The notes under the pieces are model-generated. The model was not told the DNA's origin and searched no databases. It saw nothing but the letters and a program-made list of their open reading frames with translations. A DNA stretch of 64,000 bases. It comes from Sterolibacterium sp. (GTDB taxonomy: Bacteria > Pseudomonadota > Gammaproteobacteria > Burkholderiales > Rhodocyclaceae). The translations under genes were made by a program, and so were the position numbers. The stretch covers positions 207 through 64,206 of the forward strand of contig JAHRWT010000056.1 in the NCBI GenBank assembly GCA_019105045.1, given 5' to 3'. This document shows positions 30,059 to 39,252 of the stretch, in pieces (position 1 is the stretch's first letter; each line of letters begins with the position of its first letter).

Positions 30059-30993
30059 CACGCGGCAGTCCCGCCCTTGTCCTCTGTCGTGTGCTCGGCG
30101 TCTTCGCCGCCGAGGGCCACCACGAGCTGTGGCAGCAGGCGGCTGAATTCGCCCGACATGATGAGGAAATCGGCTTCGAACAGTTCGTCGGCAGTTTCGG
30201 CCTGACGCTCGGCCTCTTCCTTGAGCAGATCGAGAAAAGCCAGTCGCTTGATCTGCAATTGCTCGGTCAGAACGAAGGCGATGCGTTCCTGCCAGGTCAG
30301 CGCGAGACGGGTCACTGCCTTGCCGGCGGCGATGTGCTCGGTGATTTCGGCGGCTTCCAGTGTGTGACGGACGTAGCGCACGGTGGCGCGGTCTTCTCCG
30401 GCAGCGCGCAGTTCGCAATCGCGGTCGATGGTAAAGCCGTCCGGCGCTTCGCCGGCCGCCAGCCAGCCGGTCATCGCGGTCGTCGGAGACAGCTGCGTGT
30501 GCAGCGGGCGCAGCGGCAATTCACCCAGCGTCAGCTTGAGATGTTCGATGACTTCTTCGGCGCGCGCTGCACTGCTCGCGTCAATGACACACCAGCCGCC
30601 CTGCGGGTCGAGCCAGACGTAGGTCAGCCGGCGCTTGACGAAGGCGCGCGGCAGCAGTTCGGCCGTTACCGCTTCACGCACGTCCAGCGTCTGCTTGCGG
30701 CCAGGCTTGAAACCTTGCTGCTCTTCAATTTCGGCTAGCCGCTCCTGGGCATACTGACGCACGACTGTCGCGGGCAGCAGTTTCTGTTCGACACCCAGGC
30801 AGATCAACAACTGCCCTTGCGCAGCAATCAGCAGTTCATCCGGATTGCCTCGCGGCGGTACCCAGCCCCGCGCCTGCATGTCGCTGGCTGCACAGCCACG
30901 GAAGGCCTGCCTTGCCAGCATCTGCTGCAAACCGGCCGCGCCGGGCTGCCACTGCGGCGCCAGACGATAAATCTGTAAATTGCGAAACCACAT
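30058..30993 (-). CDS. rdgC: Recombination-associated protein RdgC
   Basis: MWFRNLQIYRL, GWVPP, KLLPATV, LLPRAF, VTRLALTWQERIAFVL, ALGGE. Confidence 0.95.
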   Translation of the reverse strand: MWFRNLQIYRLAPQWQPGAAGLQQMLARQAFRGCAASDMQARGWVPPRGNPDELLIAAQGQLLICLGVEQKLLPATVVRQYAQERLAEIEEQQGFKPGRKQTLDVREAVTAELLPRAFVKRRLTYVWLDPQGGWCVIDASSAARAEEVIEHLKLTLGELPLRPLHTQLSPTTAMTGWLAAGEAPDGFTIDRDCELRAAGEDRATVRYVRHTLEAAEITEHIAAGKAVTRLALTWQERIAFVLTEQLQIKRLAFLDLLKEEAERQAETADELFEADFLIMSGEFSRLLPQLVVALGGEDAEHTTEDKGGTAA

Positions 30994-31167
30994 GATGGGC
31001 GTCTTTTCTTTGGTTGTTGGATTGCGGGATTCTGCATTCTGCGTTTGGCGCAGAATCCGTGATTTTAAAGGAAGCACTGCGCGAATCGGGCCGACCAGCA
31101 GAGGCCGCGGCGAGATGGTGCGTGCAGCGCTTTCTCAGAAAACGCCAGCGGACGTGCCTGCCAGTCT

Positions 31168-32619
31168 TCAGGAAAGTTGCCGCAGGCGGGCGGTGAGCAG
31201 GTCCAGGGCGTGGCCGGCTTGCTGGCACAGGGCAACCAGGGCGGCGGGACTGCGCGCGGCGGCAACGATCTGGCGGGCGCCCAGGCACAGGCGCAAGGCG
31301 GCCACGGGATGCCCAGCGCGCTGGCCGCAGATCACTGGCTGGCCAAACTGGCAGCGCGACTGCCCAGGCGCCGGGGCGAGCAGCAAAGCGCGCTGGAGGC
31401 TGGCCGTCTGCGCGGCGTCGAGATAATGGCCTGCGGCATCGCGCAGCAGAAAAGAAAATATCGTCGGCCCGGCATCCCGTCCGGCAGCACGTTGTTGGGC
31501 CGGTAGCGGCAAGGCGCTGAGTTGCGGGTCGTCCACCAGGCGCTGTTCGATGGCCGCAGCAAATTTCTTGATGACGCCTTCCACCTGCCCGTCGGTGAGC
31601 GCGTGAAAAGCGCGCATCTCGGCCAGCGCGGCTTCCCAGCGCAGCAGCAGACCGTTGTTGATGTGCCCGGGCAAGGCGGCGACCGACCAGCCGGCCGGCC
31701 AGGCGGTCTGTGTCGAATAGTCGTGCAGACTGGCCGGCACGGCGGTTTTTCGCCAGCGGGCGGCAAGTTCGGCAGGCAGCAAAAGGGCACCCGAAAAACT
31801 CGGCCCACCAAAGAATTTGGAGCCGGTGATGGCCAGCAGACAACCACTGGCCAGCCAGTCGCGCAGACGGGCTGGCTTCAGCCGAAACTGGCAGGCATCG
31901 ACCAGCACCGTGAGTCGCTGGCTGCCCAGTTGTTGCTGCAAGGCCCGAACACAGACCGGGCCGGGTGCCAGCAGGCCGCTCTTGGCGACTTCGGTGACGA
32001 TCAGCAGTACATGCGCGCCCCGGTTGGCGGCAGCCTGCACCTGGCGCTGGTAATCGGCATCGACCTGGTCAGGCGGTCGCGCTGTGCCGTCGGCTTCGCG
32101 CACGGCGATGGCCTGGTATGTCGGCCTGCTGGCGGACATCAGCGGCTGGCCGTTCTGGCTGGCGGCCCTGCCCTGCCGGCCAAAGTGCAGACCACGCAGG
32201 GCGGCCGGCACCTGGCTGCCGGTTTCGGTTTCGTCGATGCCGATGATGCACAGGGTTTGCTGGGTGTTTGCCGCCACCAGTTGGGCGGCAATCAGGTGCA
32301 GCTCGCTGCCCGAGCCGGCAAAAACGATTTCCGTGCAGGCAGGCAGCGCCAGCAATGCCTGCAGGCTGGCACGCTGGCGAGTCAGTGCGCTGCGGGCGGC
32401 GGCGGGGTCATGCTGCAAGGCGGTGTGCAGGTGGCTGGCGGCGGCCAGCCCCGCCGGCGAAATCGACGAGGCGGTGCATGAGCCAAAAGCCAGCAGTTCT
32501 TCTTCAGGCACCGGCAGACAGCCGTAGGCGTTGCGGCCGCTGGCCGGATCGATGTGGATACGGGCATCGCCGCCGCTGACAAGCAGTTCACTGACAGCCG
32601 GCAACCGCGACTCAGCCAT
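31168..32619 (-). CDS. Uncharacterised PLP-dependent fold-type-I protein (aminotransferase class V-like)
   Basis: VLVDACQFR and ITGSKFFGGPSFSGAL resemble the DxxQ and SxxKxxGPxGxG PLP motifs; C-terminal LRLCLG; 8-nt overlap with upstream gene. Confidence 0.7.
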   Translation of the reverse strand: MAESRLPAVSELLVSGGDARIHIDPASGRNAYGCLPVPEEELLAFGSCTASSISPAGLAAASHLHTALQHDPAAARSALTRQRASLQALLALPACTEIVFAGSGSELHLIAAQLVAANTQQTLCIIGIDETETGSQVPAALRGLHFGRQGRAASQNGQPLMSASRPTYQAIAVREADGTARPPDQVDADYQRQVQAAANRGAHVLLIVTEVAKSGLLAPGPVCVRALQQQLGSQRLTVLVDACQFRLKPARLRDWLASGCLLAITGSKFFGGPSFSGALLLPAELAARWRKTAVPASLHDYSTQTAWPAGWSVAALPGHINNGLLLRWEAALAEMRAFHALTDGQVEGVIKKFAAAIEQRLVDDPQLSALPLPAQQRAAGRDAGPTIFSFLLRDAAGHYLDAAQTASLQRALLLAPAPGQSRCQFGQPVICGQRAGHPVAALRLCLGARQIVAAARSPAALVALCQQAGHALDLLTARLRQLS

Positions 32620-33904
32620 GCTGTCCCTGGCGGGCGGCCGCCGTGAGCAGCGCGCGAAAAGCAGTGAAGACTCTTTGCATCTGCGGCTGCTTGTAAGGAT
32701 AAAGCGCTTCGTCATCCATGGCATGAACCACGGCGCTGGTATCGACTTCAAAAACCAGCAGCCGGGCATCCTCGGCAGTGGCTTGCGGCGATGGCAGCAC
32801 TTCAGCGCAGTCGATGACCAGATAATCCAGCGGGATGCACTGGTGGATGGCGGCCAGGGCCGCTGCATGACGGCGGGCGAACTGCGTGGCGAATTCCGCC
32901 ATGAAAAGGGCTTCTTCGGCGCGCTTGGCCGCACTGGCATCCATGCCGGCGTTCAGGTAGTGGATCATCCAGTGCGCGGAGATGCCCATGTGACAGGCGT
33001 AGGGCTGGCCGCCGATGAGGACGACGCGGTATTTGCGGTAGAGGCCGTCGGCGCTGCGGTAATCGATGAAGCTGGAAATGTGGAAGTCGTTTTCTGCCGT
33101 GCCGGCAAGAAAAGCGGCGATGTCATCCACACGGTCGATTTTCATCATGCCTTGTCCGGCGTGGGTGTCGATGGGTCGGGCAATCAGCGGAAAGCAGCCA
33201 TCTTCAAGAACGTCGGCCAAGGCTTGTTCGCCGTGGCCGATTTGCGCCAGCGTGGCGCGTGGCACACAGCGGGTAGCCGGCATGACGATGCCGGATGCCG
33301 GCGGCGCAGCGCGCAGGTGCAGACCGGCCTGATCGCGCAGCGTGCGCAGGATCAGTGCTGGCCGGTTGATGACCGGGCGCGGCCAGTTTTCAGTGACGAT
33401 GGCCAGTTCAGCCAGCAGCGCGGCATTGTGCGCCGAGGGACCAATGGCGATGAACAGCAGATCATGTTCGGGCAGTTCGGCTGGCGGTGGCAGGTCGGCG
33501 GCCAGATAAATCATGTCGAGGCTGACCGGCACATCTTCCAGCAGGCAGTCGAGCGGGGTGTTGCTCATCAAGTCGCCCGGCGTCATGAAAACCAGCAGAC
33601 GCAAGGGGGCCGGCGGCGGATGTGCGCCTGCGGCGCTTTCGGTGTCTTCTCCGCCGTGCATCGCCTGGCCGTGCCTGGCCGGCAGTTGGTAATGAGTTGT
33701 GATGGCCAGTGCCTGGGCCTGCATGTCGAGTGCCAGGGCGCGGTTGCCGGTGAGTTGCAGCAGGGTGGACATGTCCAGCAGGGCGTTGGCATCCTGCGCA
33801 TTGGCCGCTGCGCGGGCCAGGAGCTGTTGACCCAGCGGGGCAAGATCAACCCCGGACATGGCCAGGCGCATCAGCGCGGCATTGCCCAGCAGTGGCGACA
33901 TCAT
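32612..33904 (-). CDS. ATP-grasp (RimK/glutathione synthetase-like) ligase with helical N-terminus
   Basis: PVINRP, FPLIARPIDTHAGQG, SSFIDY, YRKYRVVLIGG, LDYLVIDC, LLVFEVD. Confidence 0.8.
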   Translation of the reverse strand: MMSPLLGNAALMRLAMSGVDLAPLGQQLLARAAANAQDANALLDMSTLLQLTGNRALALDMQAQALAITTHYQLPARHGQAMHGGEDTESAAGAHPPPAPLRLLVFMTPGDLMSNTPLDCLLEDVPVSLDMIYLAADLPPPAELPEHDLLFIAIGPSAHNAALLAELAIVTENWPRPVINRPALILRTLRDQAGLHLRAAPPASGIVMPATRCVPRATLAQIGHGEQALADVLEDGCFPLIARPIDTHAGQGMMKIDRVDDIAAFLAGTAENDFHISSFIDYRSADGLYRKYRVVLIGGQPYACHMGISAHWMIHYLNAGMDASAAKRAEEALFMAEFATQFARRHAAALAAIHQCIPLDYLVIDCAEVLPSPQATAEDARLLVFEVDTSAVVHAMDDEALYPYKQPQMQRVFTAFRALLTAAARQGQHG

Positions 33905-35460
33905 TCAGCGGCGTCCTGGCGCAGACCCAGACTGCCAAACGCGCCCTGCCCGTTGCGACCGATGCCACTGGCCAGCGTCTGCGCGCCCAGGCGCAAGGTG
34001 GCCTGCAGCATGGCGTCGAGATCCGCGCGCTGGGTGCGGTGATTGACAATGGCCACGCGAATCGCCAGATGACCGTTGATGGTGGTGGTCGATGGCGCGG
34101 CGATGCCGGATTCCTGCAAGGCCACGACGGTTGCGGCATTCACCAGGTCGGCATTCACTTCTGCCGGGCAGCGGTAGCGGAAGCAGACGATGTTCAGTGC
34201 AACGGGTGCCAGCAGTTCGAGTTGCGGCAGTTCGTCGATGCGCTGCGCCAGATAGCGGGCCAGCACGCAGGTTGTCGAGATCATCCGGCCAAGCTGTTCG
34301 GTGCCATAGACCTTGAGGGTGAACCAGGTTTTCAGTGCCTTGAAACTACGCGACAGATCCAGACCGAAATCACAGGGCCAGGGCGAACCGGCCGCCATGC
34401 CGCGCAGATCGCGGCTGAGGTAGGCAACCGGCAGGGCAAAGCTGTCGAAATGGCGATTGCCGTCGCGCACCAGGACAAAGCCGGCGTCATAGGGGACTTG
34501 CAGCCATTTGTGGAAATCGAAAGCTATCGAGTCGGCACGCTCGATACCGGCCAGATGCGGCGCGATATCCGGCGCCAGCATACCCAGCGCACCAAATGCG
34601 CCATCGATGTGAAACCAGAGTCCTTCACGTTGCGCCAGATCCGCCAGTTGTGGCAACGGGTCGATGGCGCCCACATCGACGGAACCGGCGGTCCCGGCAA
34701 TCATGAAAGGCTTGAATCCGGCTGCGCGGTCTGCGGCAATCGCTTGTTCAAGTGCGGCCATGTCGAGCCGGAAACATGCGTCAAGCGGAATGGTGCGCAG
34801 GAAATCGCCGCCGATTCCGGCCACGTCCATGGCCTTGTAGATGCATTTGTGGGCGCCGGCAGAAGCATAGGCCACCAGCTGCTCGTCGGCAGCTTGCAGC
34901 CCTTGCCGACGCACCTCGGTACCCAGCGCCTGGCTGCGGGCCACCAGCAGAGCGATCAGATTGGCCATCGAGGTGCCGGTGACGAACAGGCCGCTGGCGT
35001 TTTCCGGAAAGTGGAACAGTTCACGCATCCAGTGCGTGATCTGGCGTTCGACGGCCACCGGCACTTGCGCCCGGCCACCGAGATTGGCATTCAGTCCGGC
35101 GGCGAGCATCTCGCCCAACATGCCGACCGGCGTACCGGCCCCATGCACCCAGCCCATGAAGCCAGGATGTGCATTGCCAATGGCATAGGGCAGGATGTCA
35201 CGCATGAATTCCGCATGTACTGCGGCCAAGTCCTGCGGCTGTTGCGGCAGGGCTTGCTGGAAGCTGTCGCGCACGGCGGTTGGCGCGGGCTGCCAGACAG
35301 GACGCTGACGAATGTTCTGCTGGTAATCGAGGATATCGTCCAGCATACGGTGCGCTTGCGCACGCAAGGCTTGCCAGTCCTGCGGATCAAGCGAACCGGG
35401 AACATCTGCCGTGCCATCCGGAGGATGCGCCGGTGGGCGGGGGGAAAAAGACTCCGGCAT
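33901..35460 (-). CDS. Group II pyridoxal-dependent amino acid decarboxylase
   Basis: HPGFMGWV, GLFVTGTSMANL, AGTAGSVDVGAIDPL, WFHIDGAFG, SIAFDFHKWL (PLP-Lys), SRSFKALK; start 35460 or 35520. Confidence 0.92.
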   Translation of the reverse strand: MPESFSPRPPAHPPDGTADVPGSLDPQDWQALRAQAHRMLDDILDYQQNIRQRPVWQPAPTAVRDSFQQALPQQPQDLAAVHAEFMRDILPYAIGNAHPGFMGWVHGAGTPVGMLGEMLAAGLNANLGGRAQVPVAVERQITHWMRELFHFPENASGLFVTGTSMANLIALLVARSQALGTEVRRQGLQAADEQLVAYASAGAHKCIYKAMDVAGIGGDFLRTIPLDACFRLDMAALEQAIAADRAAGFKPFMIAGTAGSVDVGAIDPLPQLADLAQREGLWFHIDGAFGALGMLAPDIAPHLAGIERADSIAFDFHKWLQVPYDAGFVLVRDGNRHFDSFALPVAYLSRDLRGMAAGSPWPCDFGLDLSRSFKALKTWFTLKVYGTEQLGRMISTTCVLARYLAQRIDELPQLELLAPVALNIVCFRYRCPAEVNADLVNAATVVALQESGIAAPSTTTINGHLAIRVAIVNHRTQRADLDAMLQATLRLGAQTLASGIGRNGQGAFGSLGLRQDAAE

Positions 35461-35569
35461 GATGGAATTCAGGAATGAAGGGGCGCAGTGGGTCAGTGGT
35501 GCGCCGTGTGGTCTGCTCATCAGGCCATGACGGCATCAAGGTGCGTTGGGGTGAGCGATCTGTCGTCGA

Positions 35570-35911
35570 TCAGACCGGCATGTTCATGATGTCGTGGTAA
35601 GCCGTGACCAGTTTGTTTCTCACCTGCACCATCTGCTGAAAGGAAATATTGGCCTTCTGCAGATTGACCATGACGTCCTGCAAATTGGCGTTGCTCTGGC
35701 CTGCGGCGAAATCCTGTGACATTTGCTGCGCGGACTGCTGGGCCTGATTGACTTGATCAATGGCGTTCTTCAGGGCGGCGGCGAAGTCTGCACCGCCGGC
35801 ATCTCCTGCCGCTTTCGCAGCAACGGAACCCACCGGCTTGCCGGCAGCCACCGCACTGGTTGCGCGCAGCTCGGCCAGCATCTGATCAAGATTGCGTGTA
35901 TCGATCGACAT
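35570..35911 (-). CDS. fliE: Flagellar hook-basal body protein
   Basis: DFAAALKNAIDQVN, QVRNKLVTAYHDIMNMPV. Confidence 0.96.
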   Translation of the reverse strand: MSIDTRNLDQMLAELRATSAVAAGKPVGSVAAKAAGDAGGADFAAALKNAIDQVNQAQQSAQQMSQDFAAGQSNANLQDVMVNLQKANISFQQMVQVRNKLVTAYHDIMNMPV

Positions 35912-36066
35912 GGCTCATCTCCCGGTCAGGCTGGACAGCAAGGGACAGGTTGAAGAAGGGCATGACCGGCAAGACACAAACGCTGGTCGGTTGCGACATT
36001 GATGAATTGTAGGGATTGTAGGTCTGATCTGCATGAAAGTCTGGCCTGCTGTTTTTTCATTGTAGT

Positions 36067-36082
36067 AGCAAACCGTATGCCA
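36067..36082 (-). promoter_or_regulatory. Sigma54 promoter upstream of fliE
   Basis: Minus strand TGGCAT-ACGGT-TTGCT, exact -24/-12 spacing. Confidence 0.8.
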
Positions 36083-36122
36083 GAAAAGCCGGCTGGCCAC
36101 AAAAACGCTTGCCGGACAGGCT

Positions 36123-37526
<1,404 letters not shown>

Positions 37527-37568
37527 GCCTGCCTGTTCCGTTTCTTTGGTTCGGGTGCCCGGCTCTGA

Positions 37569-38924
37569 CTAGGCATCCACTGCCTGCCCTGCCCGCAGGG
37601 GCAGAGTCACGATGAATTCCGTACCGTGGCCTGGCGTCGAGCGTACGTCAATATTGCCGTTGTGCGCCCGCGCCACGCCCCGCGCAATTGCCAGCCCCAG
37701 CCCGGTGCCTTCGACACGGGTGGTGAAGAACGGCTCGAACAGCCGCGCCAGCACATCCGGCGTCATGCCCGCGCCGTTATCGCTCACCCGCAAGACCAGC
37801 AAACCTGCTTCAACAGCCACCGAGAGGCGGACTTCGCCGGCTGGCGCCGCACTGGCGGCGTGCAGGGCATTTTCCAGCAGATTCACCAAGGCCCCCACGA
37901 TGGCCTTGCGGTTGCCCTGCAAGGCCGGCAGGCCAGCGGCCGCCTGGAGCTGGAAAGTCACCTGTTTTGCCTGGGCCAGCGGCTCGATGGTATGACGCAA
38001 TTCGCGCAGCAGTTCGGCCACATCGATGGCTTCGCGTCCGAGCACTTCGCCCCGGGCAAACAACAGCATTTCCTGGATCAGCCGCTCCAGATGCTTGAGG
38101 CGGGCCACGGCCTTGCCGGCAATGTTGATGCGGGTTGCCGGCGCCACTTCGGCCATTTCGAGATTGCCGGCATACAGCAGGGCAGCGGCCAGCGGTGTAC
38201 GCAACTGGTGGGCGAGCTGGGCCGCCATCTCACCCATGGCGGCCAGCCGCTGGTTGCGCTCGGACTGGGTTTTCAGGCGCTGCGTTTCGGTGATGTCATG
38301 CAGCAGTACGATGCGCCCACCCGCCGAATCCAGCGCCGTGACAGTGATGGCGACAGTCAGGGTCTGCCCGGTCGCATCAGCGGTTGTGTTTTCCGCTGCG
38401 GTGCGATTCGCCACCATATATTCTCCCGGTGTTTCGCCGGCCTGCAATCGGCCCTGCTCGATATCTGGCCAGGCCTGACCGATCAGCCCGGGCGCACCGG
38501 CAAGTGCCAGCAGGCGTTCGGCCGCCGGGTTGTTCTGCACGACCAGCCCGTCTGCGTCGAGCACCACCACACCGGCAGGCAGGGCATCCAGCAGCAGGCT
38601 GAGGCGTTCGGTCAGCGCGGCCTTTTCCAGATATTGCTGACGCAAGGCACCATTGGCCGCTGCCAGCTCGCTGGTCAGCTCGGCAACCTGGGCCTGCAGG
38701 CGGGTATAGGCGGTGGAGAGTTCTTCCGATACCTGATTGAAAATCTGGAACGCCTCGGCCAGCCGCAATGCCTCGATCTGTGCCGCCTGCGTCTCACCGG
38801 AAGGAAGCGAAGCGCCCGCGGCTGCAGGAGGAAGCGGAGCGCCGGACGGCGCGGGCCGTCCGCTGTCGGTCGCGGGCGAGGGGATGAGGTTTTCCATGTG
38901 TTTTGTTTGTTCGCGGTCGATCAT
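37569..38924 (-). CDS. fleS: PAS sensor histidine kinase, FleS/FlrB-like
   Basis: N-terminal coiled coil, LLDALPAGVVVLD PAS, LAHQLRTPLAAALLYA H-box, FEPFFTT, GTGLGL; start 38924 or 38897. Confidence 0.85.
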   Translation of the reverse strand: MIDREQTKHMENLIPSPATDSGRPAPSGAPLPPAAAGASLPSGETQAAQIEALRLAEAFQIFNQVSEELSTAYTRLQAQVAELTSELAAANGALRQQYLEKAALTERLSLLLDALPAGVVVLDADGLVVQNNPAAERLLALAGAPGLIGQAWPDIEQGRLQAGETPGEYMVANRTAAENTTADATGQTLTVAITVTALDSAGGRIVLLHDITETQRLKTQSERNQRLAAMGEMAAQLAHQLRTPLAAALLYAGNLEMAEVAPATRINIAGKAVARLKHLERLIQEMLLFARGEVLGREAIDVAELLRELRHTIEPLAQAKQVTFQLQAAAGLPALQGNRKAIVGALVNLLENALHAASAAPAGEVRLSVAVEAGLLVLRVSDNGAGMTPDVLARLFEPFFTTRVEGTGLGLAIARGVARAHNGNIDVRSTPGHGTEFIVTLPLRAGQAVDA

Positions 38925-38960
38925 GGCAGATTCGCCACCGTGAAACAAGAATTCTGCCGG

Positions 38961-39000
38961 ATTGTTGGGGATTGTTGGGGATTGCCGGGAATTGTTCTGC
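38961..39000. repeat. Degenerate 10-bp tandem repeat x4
   Basis: attgttgggg attgttgggg attgccggga attgttctgc. Confidence 0.65.
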
Positions 39001-39252
39001 GTCATTGCGACGCGCCGGGTCAGGCTCGAATCACGCACAGGTCGCACCCAACACCTGTCCAACGCGCAAAATACCGGCCAAAAACCGGCTTTCTTCCTTA
39101 GCCGACAGTTGCCCGGCAAGGCATAATCGGGAGGTCATCAGTATGGGCTGTTCTGTCGCTGCCGACTACCGACTGCTGATCTGCTGACACAGCCACACCG
39201 TCGGTCATTCCGGCGTTTTCAATCCTTCTCGCTACAGTCGTTCCCAGGAAAT

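Noticed and set aside
30059-30418. N-terminal extension of the quinone oxidoreductase (451-aa ORF call)
   Set aside because: Overlaps rdgC in another frame; recognisable family sequence begins at ATG 30058
32531-35478. 503-aa and 528-aa plus-strand ORFs opposite the enzyme cassette
   Set aside because: Antisense shadows; the minus-strand frames carry the recognisable catalytic motifs
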